The translations under genes were made by a program, and so were the position numbers. Below, piece after piece: positions 13,911 through 25,916 of a DNA stretch of 62,095 bases (positions are counted from its first letter, which is position 1; each line of letters opens with the position of its first letter). This DNA is from Squalus acanthias (taxonomy: Eukaryota), in contig CM059450.1 in assembly GCA_030390025.1 (NCBI GenBank), positions 3,410,001-3,472,095 of the forward strand, read 5' to 3'. The notes under the pieces were generated by a model. The model was not told the origin of the DNA, searched no databases, and was given only the letters and a program-made list of their open reading frames with translations.

Positions 13911-15309
13911 TTATTTAGTTCATTTGATCTCATCCATCCAAAATATCAACCCAATTACAGTATCTATCTGTTATTAAATGTGTGCAGTGAGCTGGCCTCA
14001 ACCACCCTTCCTGGCAAGATGCTCCAGTTGTTGGATTTGCACGAATGTGGAGCCTACGTCATCCAACTGATGGCGGCCAATCACAGATGAAACTCTTTGG
14101 AAGTTCTCTTCAGTCCCTATGGAAATCAAGCGAATTCCAGACTATTAATCCATCTTTGCAATCCCGCACTTCTATCTCTGAGCAGTCACATTCCCCAGCT
14201 GATCATCCCTGCACTATATCAGCTCTTGGATCATTTATTGTGCTGTGTCTGTCTTTATCCGCTTCAATCGCCTTCTAAAAGAGATTTTTCCAGCTTTTTT
14301 TTAATAGGGTTAATCGTGACCGATTTAACTGCTTCCTTGACAGCTGTTCCGCGTATCTCGGAGTGAGGGGGTGTCTCTCCTAATTTCTTGGCACACAAGT
14401 TTTGTTAATTTTGTATTTGTGTCCCGTGCTCTGATCTGAGAAATTGCATCCGTTAGCCATTGCCCCTGTCTGAGTAATGTACTTTTTTTTTCCGACTCTT
14501 CCCCTCATCATCTGTTCACTTTCAACTGAGTTACTGCCCTGCAAGAGAAGTTGGCAGCAGGTGCAGACTGATGCCGGGAAGTCCGAGCTGCAGTGTGCAC
14601 ACACACACAGAGGCTTCTTTGTGTCCTACAAGCTGCACCTCCCTTTGCTGGGAAAGGAATCTCTGGATTCTGTACGGAGGCTGCAGTTTTATATCAGACT
14701 ACAATAACCAACAGATAAGATCCTGCTTTTGGAATTTTAAGTTAAAGCGCATGTTTTTCATGAAAGCTCCGGTAAGAAATTGGAAGTTTGCGTCAAGCCT
14801 GAGTCATTTGACTATTTGCTTTGGGGTTTTAACAAAACACCATGGAAAATATTTCTGACCTCTTCCCACTGGTCTATGGAAGATCATTCTTCAATAAACT
14901 TTATTAACATGGCCCTCTCTCTCTCTCTCTCTCTCTCTCTGGCAGTCATCTGACATTCCCAACAGTATTGCTCACATCTTTGAACTTAAAATGCACGCAA
15001 TGGCCTCGAATTCGGCTGCCTTTGCTAAAGGGAAAGATGCTATCTTTGATGTAAGGTGTGCTTGCCTGCAGTATTTTTTTTTTAAACAATGGTGCCCATT
15101 GCAAGACTGAATCTTTCTGGTGCATTGTCTTGGAGCATGATTCCATGGGGATACTCAGCTTCAGTTTCCTGAACATCAGCACTCTGCAGTGCAGTTGTGA
15201 GGCAGCAAGCAGAGCCCAGTGCCCCTTCACAAAGGGGAGGGGAAAATGGGGCATGGTTGCATTTAAGCCACTGCCATGCGTGTTCTTTCCATTGCTTCCT
15301 CTTTGGTGT

Positions 15310-15613
15310 CATAAGAATTAGGAGCAGGAGTCGGCCATACGGCCCCTCGAGCCTGCTCCGCCATTCAATAAGATCATGGCTAATCTTCAGTCTCCACTCC
15401 ACTTTCCTGTCCGATCTCCATGTCCCTTGATTTCCCAAGAGTCCAAAAATCTATCGATCTCGGCCTTGAATATACTCAATGACAGAGCCTCCACAGCCCT
15501 CTGGGGTAGAGAATTCCAAAGATTCACAACCCTCTGAGTGAAGAAATTCCTCCTCATCTCAGTCCTAAATGGCCGACTCCTTATCCTGAGACTGTGACCC
15601 CTGGTTCTAGACT
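15310..15613 (-). mobile_element. CR1-type LINE 3' end
   Basis: Same family as 13640-13910, opposite orientation. Confidence 0.85.
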
Positions 15614-16121
15614 CGTGTCCTCTGCTGACAGCACTGATTTCTGGAATGTGGTTCCATGGGCACTGGCCACCCTACAGTACGTTTCACGTGGCCGTTCCTC
15701 ATTTATGCACCTGGCTTGATCGATTGGTTATCCTCATAAAGACATGTCCTGTGTCATGTCCCTGCCTGATATCCACAGACTTTACCAGCAGGATTCACCT
15801 AGATAATGATCGAGAGCAAGAACCTGGGCAGGTTTTCTGGGTTTTTATTCTCGTCCCCAGCACTGAGATCGATTGTAGCTTTCTCACTAAACGTCTGGCT
15901 GAGATCAGATCATTCAAGGCCTGGGACTTGCCTGGTCTCTGTAGCTCGGGCAAACAAAAGCAAAATACTGCGGATGCTGGAAATCTGAAATAAAAACAGA
16001 AAATGCTGGAAACGCTCAGCAGGTCAGGCAGCATCTGTGGAGAGAGAAACAGAGTCAAAGTTTCAGGTCGATGACCTTTCGTCAGAACTGAAAAATGTTA
16101 GCGATGAGCAGTTCTTATGCT

Positions 16122-16500
16122 AACATAGAAAAATAGGAGCAGGAGTAGGTCATTCGGCCTTCGAGCCTGCTCCGCCGTTCAATATGATCATGGCTGATCC
16201 TCTATCTCAATACCATATTCCCGCTCTCTCCCCATACCCCTTGATGCCTTTTGTGTCTAGAAATCTATCTATCTCCTTCTTAAATATATTCAGTGACTTG
16301 GCCTCCACAGCCTTCTGTGGTAGAGAATTCCACAGGTTCACCACCCTCTGAGTGAAGAAATTTCTCCTCATCTCAGTCCTAAATGTCCTGCCCCGTATCC
16401 TGAGACTGTGACCCCTCGTTCTAGACCCCCCAGCCAGAGGAAACATCCTCCCTGCATCCAGTCTGTCTAGCCCTGTCAGAATTTTATACGTTTCAATGAG
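16122..16500 (-). mobile_element. CR1-type LINE 3' end inserted into a short shark repeat (15955-16660)
   Basis: Minus-strand ORF LIETYKILTGLDRLDAGRMFP...RRNFFTQRVVNLWNSLPQKAVEAKSLNIFKKEIDRFL is CR1 ORF2 C-terminus. Confidence 0.85.
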
Positions 16501-17029
16501 ATAATACAGAGGCCGGGGTGGGGGGTGAAGAACAAAAGGAAGGCAGGAGTGATTAAATGATGAAAGGGATGATGGTGCAAGGCGAAAGGGAGTGATAATG
16601 CGACAAGTAAAGAAACAAAAGATGGGTCCAGCGGAGATGTAAATGGCAACAGCAGAATAGCAGGGAGGGAAGCATGGAAAATCTTGTTCTGCTTTCCTTC
16701 TTCTATTTGTTTTATTTTTTGATAAGTATTTTTGTTCAAATGAAGAATGCTGATGACCTTTATTGGGGTATTGGCTCATAAGGGTTACTGAGGGGAGCAA
16801 CAGTAGGGAATTAAATCAACATCTGTGCACCTCTGCCTATTAACGCAGGACACCTCCGTGCTTTGCATTGCTTCAAGTCTGTACGTGTGCATGTTAATAC
16901 AGTTCTCTCAGATTTCAGTAATAGCTCCCATCCAGCGTCCCTGACATGGCTGTCAGCACTTGTTAGTTAAATAGAACTTTTTCGCAGTCTCCCCGCAGTA
17001 GAACCTTTCCTCTCGCGCTCTCTCTCTTG

Positions 17030-18314
17030 CTTGGAGCAAGTCACCAGAGTCACACTGGCTGGGGGGAGGCCGGAGGAGAAACACACTGGCTGGAGGGAGC
17101 CACCAGAGAGTCACACTGGCTGGGGGGAGCTGGAGGAGAGTCACACTGGCTGGGGGGAGCCACCAGAGAGTCACACTGGCTGGGGGGAGCCGGAGGAGAG
17201 TCACACTGGCTGGGGGGAGCTGGAGGAGAGTCACACTGGCTGGGGGGAGCTGGAGGAGAGTCACACTGGCTGGGGGGAGCTGGAGGAGAGTCACACTGGC
17301 TGGGGGGAGCCACCAGAGAGTCACACTGGCTGGGGGGAGCCACCAGAGAGTCACACTGGCTGGGGGGAGCTGGAGGAGAGTCACACTGGCTGGGGGGAGC
17401 CACCAGAGAGTCACACTGGCTGGGGGGAGCCGGAGGAGAGTCACACTGGCTGGGGGGAGCCACCAGAGAGTCACACTGGCTGGGGGGAGCCGGAGGAGAG
17501 TCACACTGGCTGGGGGGAGCCGGAGGAGAGTCACACTGGCTGGGGGGGAGCCGGAGGAGAGTCACACTGGCTGGGGGGAGCCGGAGGAGAGTCACACTGG
17601 CTGGGGGGAGCCGGAGGAGAGTCACACTGGCTGGAGGGAGCCACCAGAGAGTCACACTGGCTGGGGGGAGCTGGAGGAGAGTCACACTGGCTGGGGGGGA
17701 GCCGGAGGAGAGTCACACTGGCTGGGGGGAGCCGGAGGAGAGTCACACTGGCTGGGGGGGAGCCGGAGGAGAGTCACACTGGCTGGGGGGGAGCCTGAGG
17801 AGAGTCACACTGGCTGGGGGGAGCCGGAGGAGAGTCACACTGGCTGGGGGGGAGCCGGAGGAGAGTCACACTGGCTGGGGGGGAGCCGGAGGAGAGTCAC
17901 ACTGGCTGGGGGGGAGCCGGAGGAGAGTCACACTGGCCGGGGGGAGCCGGAGGAGAGTCACACTGGCTGGGGGGAGCCGGAGGAGAGTCACACTGGCTGG
18001 GGGGAGGCCGGAGGAGACTCACGCTGGCTGGAGGGAGCCACCAGAGAGTCACACTGGCTGGGGGGAGCCGGAGGAGAATCACGCTGGCTGGGGGGAGGCC
18101 GGAGGAGAGTCACACTGGCTGGGGGGAGGCCGGAGGAGAGTCACACTGGCTGGGGGGAGGCCGGAGGAGAGTCACACTGGCTGGGGGGAGGCCGGAGGAG
18201 AATCACGCTGGCTGGAGGGAGCCACCAGAGAGTCACACTGGCTGGGGGGAGCCGGAGGAGAGTCTTGCGCCCCCATCAGAATGGGCAACACCCCTACAAA
18301 TGCCAACAAATCTA
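17030..18314 (+). CDS. TNRC6B: Putative TNRC6B cassette exon expanded by a GW-coding minisatellite; frameshifted as assembled, so could be a pseudo-exon
   Basis: Begins (C)TTGGAGCAAGTCA = WSKS and ends GGCAACACCCCTACAAATGCCAACAAATCTA|gtgagt = GNTPTNANKS with a phase-1 donor that fits the exon at 20461. These ends resemble the human exon VWSKS...GWGNTPANAPNAMKP. The acceptor at the homologous position reads TG, not AG, and several 1-2 nt indels break the GW frame. Confidence 0.6.
17043..18263 (+). repeat. 30-31 bp tandem repeat, 40 copies (GAGAGTCACACTGGCTGGGGGGAGCCGGAG), translating as ESHTGWGEPE
   Basis: 40 occurrences of CAC(A/G)CTGGC counted. Variants give PPE/LEE/PEE, S/N/T/K, T/A and WG/WR. 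Confidence 0.98.
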
Positions 18315-19559
18315 GTGAGTTAACAGGAGAAGGTATTGAGGATTATCTTTCTCTCTTGTCTCTGATCTCAGTTGTACGGAGCATAAAAACCCAGGAACTC
18401 CCGTCAGCAATCAGAGGGGTTCTTTTCTTCTCATTGGACCGAATGATTTGCAAACCTTCAGCACTTTTTTTAATGGATTCTTGAGTATTGCAAGTAGACT
18501 GCCTTCTCTGGGCCAGAGATACCCCGCCCACACTGGATAAGGGCAGCACTGGGCTTGGCTGTGTTGTGTGTAATTCAATAGTCTGCCAATGCCTGAACAG
18601 CAAGGCTGCATTTCAGGATGGTCAGTTGAGCAAGCCACTTGCCAGAAGGCTGCCAGGATACTTGGAACTGTGTCCGAGTCCCTAGGAGAGGAGGGAAAGA
18701 TCCATTTCATACTTGTGTGCTGCATTTGGTCCTTTTTAAAATTTGTTACTGGGTAGCAAGGCTTTACGTCAAAAAATGCTGACATGACGTCCCTAATGGA
18801 TTGCACTGGTTGTGGAGTGGAAAATTGGATGCAAATCGGTATCGTCTGATTGTGACCGCGTCACTGAGATTTGAGTTCATTCACGTGTAATCCATGTGCG
18901 TGGCGTGAAGCCCCAACAGTGGAGCAGCAACCATTTGTGTAAAATGCTCAAAGCATGTTTTAAAATCCACTAAAACATATTTTATCAATTGCCAGGTTTT
19001 GACAGCTGAATATATTAGGCGTACTTTCCAAACACGCCTTGCTAACTGGTTGTTTCCGTTTTTAAGTTGGAAGTTTCCAGAGTGACACTGGTTTCAGTAT
19101 CGTGACACACTGTTTTCCTGTCCACTCATAACTTCTTAATCATTTCTCAGCTCGGTTTCTAGATCCAACCAGTCAACGGGTGCCCCATGTCAGTTTGGTT
19201 GAGTAACCTAATGACATCACTGAGGCAGGGAATCCCTGATAACCTGCTGTTTCTATTTACTTGAAGATCAATTGAAGTACTGAACAGAGAATATTTTTAA
19301 TGTTTTAATTGCATGTTTTAAAATTCAAACCAGCCCAGTATTAAAGAGCTGATGACCATTTTTTTTCACCTTATAACTGTATTTGTTTTTCTGTGTATAA
19401 CTTTCTCTTCTAGCTGCCTGATTTTGTTAGAGACGGTTTCAATCAGTTGACATTTCCTCCAGGGGTTTTCTTTCCTCCGGTTTTTTCTTTTCCTCTTCCT
19501 CCTCACACTCGCGCTCTCACGCACACACTGAAAACGCCCCTAACGCTTTTGACACCAGC

Positions 19560-20283
19560 TGACCCTTGACATTCTTCAGCATAACCATCGCAGAATCCCC
19601 AACCATCAACATCCTGGAGGTCACCATTGAGCAGAAACTTAACTGGATCAGCCACATTAATACTGTGGCTACAAGAGCAGGTCAGAGGCTGGGTATTTTG
19701 CGGCGAGTGTCTCACCTCCCGACTCCCCAAAGCCTTTCCACCATCTACATGGCGCAAGTCAGGAGTGTGATGGAATACTCTCCACTTGCCTGGATGAGTG
19801 CAGCTCCAACAACACTCAAGCTCGACACTATCCAGGACAAAGCAGCCCACTTGATCGGCACCCCGCCCACCACCCTTAAACATTCACTCCCTCCACCACC
19901 GGCGCACCGTGGCTGCAGTGTGTACCATCTACAAGATGCACTGCAGCAACTCGCCAAGGCTTCTTCAACAGCACCTCCCAAACCTGCGACCTCTACCACC
20001 AGAAGGACAAGGGCAGCAGACACATGGGAACGCCACCACTTCCCAGTTCCCCTCCAAGTCACACACCATCCTGACTTGGAAGTATATCGCCGTTCCTTCA
20101 TCGTCACTGAGTCAAAATCCTGGAACGACCTCCCTAACAGCACTGTGGGAGCACCTTCACCACACGGACTGCAGCGGTTCAAGGCGGCGGCTCACCACCA
20201 CCTTCTCGAGGGCAATTAGGGATGGGCAATAAATGCTGGCCTTGCCAGCGACGCCCACATCCCAGGAACGAATAAAATAAAAA
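19560..20283 (+). mobile_element. non-LTR retrotransposon (LINE) 3' fragment with A-rich tail
   Basis: Post-RT coding remnant (INILEVTIEQKLNWISHINTVATRAGQRLGILRR...IYMAQVRSVMEYSPLAW), frameshifted; ends CCCACATCCCAGGAACGAATAAAATAAAAA. Confidence 0.85.
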
Positions 20284-20460
20284 CTGAGCATGGACTAGGG
20301 ATCAAACCTGAGACCTCCTTGTTCTGTGTCTGTTATTCACCACCTTGGATAGTTAAGTGACCAGGGAGCCATATTTCCATAGAGGAGTTTGTGAGTTAAT
20401 TTCTTTTTAAATTTTAAAATTCTTTTGAGGAATAAAATGCTGAATATATCTTTTCTTCAG

Positions 20461-20645
20461 GTTCAAAATCTATGCAGGATGGGTGGGGAGGTGGTGATAG
20501 ACCTGCTGTGGCAAGTACCCGCCCCCCAAGCTGGGAGGAAGATGATGATGGTCCAATCGGCCTGTGGAACAGTGCCGGAACTCAGGAGAGTAATTCACCC
20601 TACAACGCATCTAACTGGACCTCAGGCGGGAAGAAAATTCACAAG
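20461..20645 (+). CDS. TNRC6B: TNRC6B coding exon (SKSMQDGWGG...PPSWEEDDDG...GGKKIHK)
   Basis: cttcag acceptor, AAG|gtaagg donor, 185 nt, phase 1-0. Confidence 0.95.
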
Positions 20646-21007
20646 GTAAGGATGGGAAATTCTTATAAGGATAAGCAGATGGTGAATTATCTTTCTCTCG
20701 CTTCTGGGAGCCTGGTTCAATTCCAGCGTCTAGACAGAGGCTGAGACGGCCTCTCCCTTTGTGTGTCTTTTTCTAACGCGCCAATTTGTCAATGGAGACT
20801 TCAGCGATTCAGGTATGGTGCAGCTTGCGGTAGGTCAACGAGCAATAACATTTGTGTGATGGAACCTGAATTTTCGATGGTGTCATACGATGGCACGAAT
20901 GTATCGTCCGCCAAAAGAGTCATGCAGGGAAAAAAACGAGGCAAACCTGGAAGTACACCAGATCGATCAGCCTCTGCAAGAGAAAGATCGGTGAGCATTT
21001 CAAGTAT

Positions 21008-21122
21008 GGGCCCTCCGTCAGCGCTCCGAGGGGCCCTCCGTCAGCGCTCCGAGGGGCCCTCCGTCAGCGCTCCGAGGGGCCCTCCGTCAGCGCTCCGAGG
21101 GGCCCTCCGTCAGCGCTCCGAG
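21008..21122. repeat. 23-bp tandem repeat, 5 copies (GGGCCCTCCGTCAGCGCTCCGAG)
   Basis: Units at 21008, 21031, 21054, 21077 and 21100, embedded in a short interspersed repeat. Confidence 0.95.
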
Positions 21123-22337
21123 GGGGTCTCCTGAAATTGTCACCTAACTTTCCTTTTCAGGCACTGACCTGCTGTGCACTTCCAGAATTCTCTTTGTATT
21201 TCACATTTTCAATGTTCCCAGTTTTTCCCTTTTTTATGTCTACAACAGCCAGAAAATCTGCCTGGTACAATCTTCCTTTTTTTGGCGAGGGGGGGGGACA
21301 ATTCTGAACGATGAATAAATTTGATTTTTTTTTTTAAACATGACATGAGGTTGTGCAGTTACCTCAACGGCTCACAGTTACAGTGTGGCACGGCGATCGA
21401 GGTGTGACTTTTAGTGACGGAAACAACTGCTGAGCAAGATCAGCCCTTGTCTCTGAGAAGGTGGGGTTCCAACAGAATACAAGAAATGAGTCCTGTTTTC
21501 TGATGCGGAATTCTAGTTTTGGTCATTTATTTCTGTTGTACGCTTGTACCATGCTGAGGCATTTTGATTAAATTTGTACCATTTTGTTTTATAAAAATTG
21601 TAAATGCAGGAGTTGCATCATCATGCAAGTCTTTTTTAACTAGCCACAAGCAATGTTCCCCCTGAGGTGCCTGGCCGCGCATCAATCAATTTAAAGGGCC
21701 TGTACAGGGGGATAGAAAATTAGAGCAAACATTGGCCACAAGCCAGGTGGGTGAACGTTTGCAGCAGTACAAACCCTGTCTGGCTTCCTGAGCATTTTAG
21801 ATCTTGATCAGTCATCCAGCCAACACAGGTTTGTGCAGTAATCAAACCCTGCGAGTTTCGAAAAAGAATTGCAAATATAAAAGGGCCCGTTTTAAGCAGT
21901 CCTGTCATTCTCCGTCGCTGTGTGCCGGAGTGGCTCCTGATTTTATTTTTTTTAAGTCGGCGTGACTGGTTCACGCCGGCAGTACTGCTGCAACATGCAC
22001 GATTAGGATCACAGCCGGCCTTGTCCAGATTTTGTTCCAGTTTAAACTGGTGAGGGGGACTGAGGGATTGCAGTGGCTTGGCAATCATATCCTTCCATCC
22101 CTGGGACCTGGAGCTGTGCGAGTGCAGCACAAACTGATGAGCTGAGCAGTTCCCTCTCTGCTGGCAGGAAGAGTGCTCCAGTCGGGTGGGTTTTTGTTGG
22201 AATTTCTAATCCAGGGTAGTGGGCTGGACCCATAACACTGCGCGTAGTTCACGCTAATTGGCACTAAATTGATCATCTGTTTCAGTTGGGAAGGGATGAT
22301 CGCTGTGGAGAAATAGGAATATCACACTGTTGCAGTG

Positions 22338-22742
22338 AACATAAGGAATAGGATCAGGAGAAGGCCTGAGGGCCCCTCGAGCCTGCCCCGCCATTCAATA
22401 AAATCATATCAGATCTTCTACCTCAACTCCACTTTCCCGCCCGATCTCCATATCCCTTGATCCCCTTAATTTTCAAAAAATCTATCGATCTCTGTCTTGA
22501 GTATACTCAACGACTCGGCATCCACTGCCCTTTGGGTAGAGAATTCCAAAGATTCACAACCCTCTGAGTGAAGAAATTCCTCCCCATCTCAGCCTTAAAT
22601 GGCCGACCCCTTATCCTGAGACTATGAACCCGAGTTCTAGACTCTCCAGCCAGGGGAAACAACCTCTCAGCATCTACCCTGTCAAGCCCTCTAAAAATGT
22701 TATACATTTCAATGAGGTCAACTCTCATTCTTCTAAACTCCA
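22338..22742 (-). mobile_element. CR1-type LINE 3' end
   Basis: Minus-strand MRVDLIEMYNIFRGLDRVDAERLFP...FFTQRVVNLWNSLP. Confidence 0.85.
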
Positions 22743-23511
22743 GTAGTGGGAGCTTTTCTGAGACTAGGACTGAGCTACATTATTGGGACAGAGTAGGGGG
22801 GGACTTGACTCTGCTTTTCTATTCTGCCAGTGCCAGCAACTCCCAGTGGTGATGCTTCTTTTACCCTTGATGTTTTAGAATTAACACTGTTTATGATGCT
22901 TTGTGGTTTAACACTGCTTCTTGGAGGCAGTCTGGCTGAAGTCATTTCATGTTGAACCCTCCCCCTGCTGTTTGGCGTTAAGTTCTAGTGACATTAAGTG
23001 GTGGGCTGTGGGTAGCACTTCAATGCATCAGGGAAAACATGCTCATCCTGGGGGCTGCATAGCAACAGTTCGAAAGCATAAAATGTGATGCTAAACAGCA
23101 GAGAAGCACTGGTATAAATGTACAGTTATCACCTATGATAACATTTAGTAATGTCAGATCAGGGAAATACGTTTCCCGTTTGCCGATTTTGTACTGACTT
23201 ATTTCTGCAAACAAAAAAGGAGGAAGACGACCTGTTTCAACAAATCATGAAATCAGACAGAACTTGTGAATTTTCAGGGTTTTATTGATTCCATCCTGGG
23301 GAATGGGGAGGAGGCATTGTAGTTCAGATGGGTTTAAATCAGCTGAATGGGTTGATTCTGAAATAGAGAGAGAGAGAGACTATTAATACCAGAAATCTGA
23401 AAGAAGTTTAACAAATGCTGGTCCATCAGCATCTGGAATAGAAAAGACAGCTTAACATTTTCACCACGCCTGAGTTTATTCTGAATCTCTCTCTCTCTCT
23501 CTCTCCTCTAG

Positions 23512-23586
23512 GGCTCCATGAAAGGTGGGAACAATGACACATGGATAAACCCGCTCTCTACGCAATTTTCCAAAATGGGATTACTG
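23512..23586 (+). CDS. TNRC6B: TNRC6B coding exon ([25 protein letters not shown])
   Basis: (CT)n ctctag acceptor, CTG|gtaaga donor, 75 nt. Confidence 0.95.
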
Positions 23587-24819
23587 GTAAGAGCAGCTTT
23601 ACTGAACACGCTGGAGCCCTGGTGTACCCGATTTGCAGGTTAAATTTATCACGTTAAGCCTGCTGCTGACTAGCCTTATTACTTTAAGCCTCATGTGACA
23701 AAAAGGTGGAGTCTTGTGACATAAAATACGCTGAAATGATTTGCAATATAAACTCCCGCGTCTGAGCCAATTGGAAATGTGACCATAAGAAGTCACTACA
23801 CGTTTATTCCCCGTCGCAAAAATGAGGGCGAAGTTGGTTATAATGTGTAGTGCTGTTACTGGGTTTATTTATTGCACTGCGACCAATATACAAGAGAAAA
23901 AGTCACAAGCTTTAATGTATGATACACTTCTTGTGCGAATTTGTTACCTCAAATTGCTCCCAGTGTTATTGCCACCACCAGTGCTGGACCTGTACCAATG
24001 TTCCCACTAAGCTGCGTGGCCGCACAGTCATCTGCAAGGTCCCGCGCAGGCCACTCACCGGCTTTCACATTGTAGATATCGCACATGTGCAATAATTTGA
24101 ATTGGCCGTGCGGTTGGAGTGGGGGGGGGGGGGTGGGTGGCGGCGGGCAGGCCGTGTAGGAGGCAGTGCAGCTTACGGTGGACTGCCTGACACCAGCGTT
24201 AGACCTGTACCCTCCAGACTTTTCTCCCAGTGTTACACAGCGCAAAATGCTCAATCCAGCCGCAACACCAATTCACAAGGAAAGAATCGATAATTGTGAC
24301 GCTGGGTGTTTTTAAACAGTTCAAGTGGACTGAATATGAGAACAAAGTGACTGGGGTGGGGGGGATTCATACTGCAGTTCATTTTGGTGCGTTTTATACT
24401 ATAGCCAATGCCACCTTTGTGTCACAAGGCTTGGAGTAATGAGCCTCGGTCAGCAGGCTTAATGTCGTAAATTACACACACCAATCCTAGTGACGACATT
24501 GATCGCTGCACAGTCTGCAGTCTTGGTCTGATTGTGGCATCAGGTTCTCCTCAGATCATTTCTTTAAAAATAAAGTTTACTGCAGTACTCTCTCGCAGTG
24601 CTACGTAAGCCAGCTGTGCTGGGCTCTACTGATTTCTGGAGATATAATAAAATGGCAATATTTGCTTATGGAGTACATTTATTTATTGTCTAAAACTATC
24701 TTCTTTGAAATGATCGGGCTGTTCCTTTTGTTTCATGGCCATACCCCTGTTCAACATTACAGATTGTAACTTGGTTTTCAACCCTGGAGTTCGATAGGGT
24801 CGGGTGTGGTAATACTGGG

Positions 24820-25540
24820 AGGCAATATAAACTAAAGGGTGCAATCCTAAAGGGGGTGTATGAACAGAGACACTTGGGGGTATATGTGCACAAATCGTTG
24901 AAGAGGGCAGGGCAGGTTGAGAAAGTGGTTAAAAAAACATACGGGATCCTGGGCTTCATGATTAGAGGTATAGAGTACAAAAGCAAGGCAGTTATGAAGA
25001 ACCTTTTATAAAACACTGGTTCAGCCTCAACTGGAGTATTGTGTCCAGTTCTGGTGCAGAAAAGATTTACGAGAATGGTTCCAGGGATGAGGGACTTCAG
25101 TTACGTGGATAGACTGGAGAAGCTGAGGTTGTTCTCCTTAGAGCAGAGAAGGTTGAGAGGAGATTTGATAGAGGTGTTCAAAATCATGATGGGTCTAGAC
25201 AGAGTAGATGGAGAGAAACTGTTCCCATTGGCGGAAGGGTCAGGAACCAGAGGACACAGATTTAAGGTGATTGGCAAAAGAACCAAAGGCGACATGAGGA
25301 AAAACGTTTTTACGCAGCGAGTGGTTATGATCTGGAATGCACTGCCTGAGAGGGTGGTGGAGGCCGACTCAGTCGTGGCTTTCAAAAGGGAATTGGATAA
25401 ATACCTGAAGGAAAAAAAACTTGCAGGGCTACGGGGAAAGGGCGGGGGAGTGGGACTAGCTGAAGTGCTCTTGCAGAGAGCTGGCACGGACTCGATGGGC
25501 CGAATGGCCTCCTTCTGTGCTGTAACCATTCTATGATTCT
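24820..25540 (+). mobile_element. CR1-type LINE 3' fragment
   Basis: ORF2 C-terminus (VQKRFTRMVPGMRDFSYVDRLEKLRLFSLEQRRLRGDLIEVFKIM) and CR1 tail CCATTCTATGATTCT. Confidence 0.9.
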
Positions 25541-25916
25541 AAAGACACTGAGGAGCTAAGGCAGTGGGGGAGATGTTGAGCCGGAAGTTGCTGTGAAAGA
25601 TAGGGGGTGGAAGTTGTTGCATACCAGGACGGGGAGGGGGACGTGAAGGTGGTAGATACCCTGGCTGAAGGGAGAAGTGGGGAGTCTGTGAAGTCTTTGC
25701 GGTGGCTGTAGTTATTGATGTTGTGTTTTATGTCTCTCGACTATTCAATGCAGAACTGTTTCCAGGTCGCTATTTCTTAATAATGCACTGCTTGGTTAGT
25801 TTCCCTAGATGCATATTAATATATGGGAGAACATGGTACCTTTGACTGATACACCAACACCTACATGTAAATGAGCCAAGCAGATAACGTGGGAATGACT
25901 GCACTTTGACCGTTTG

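Noticed and set aside
2916-18263. Tandem arrays as CRISPR-like repeats
   Set aside because: The units are head-to-tail with no unique spacers, there are no cas genes, and the context is a vertebrate gene.
17027-18484. 485-aa ORF (and antisense repeat ORFs) as a stand-alone gene
   Set aside because: It is a translation of the tandem array cycling through three frames, with a non-ATG start. The ends match a TNRC6B exon, so it is treated as part of that gene.
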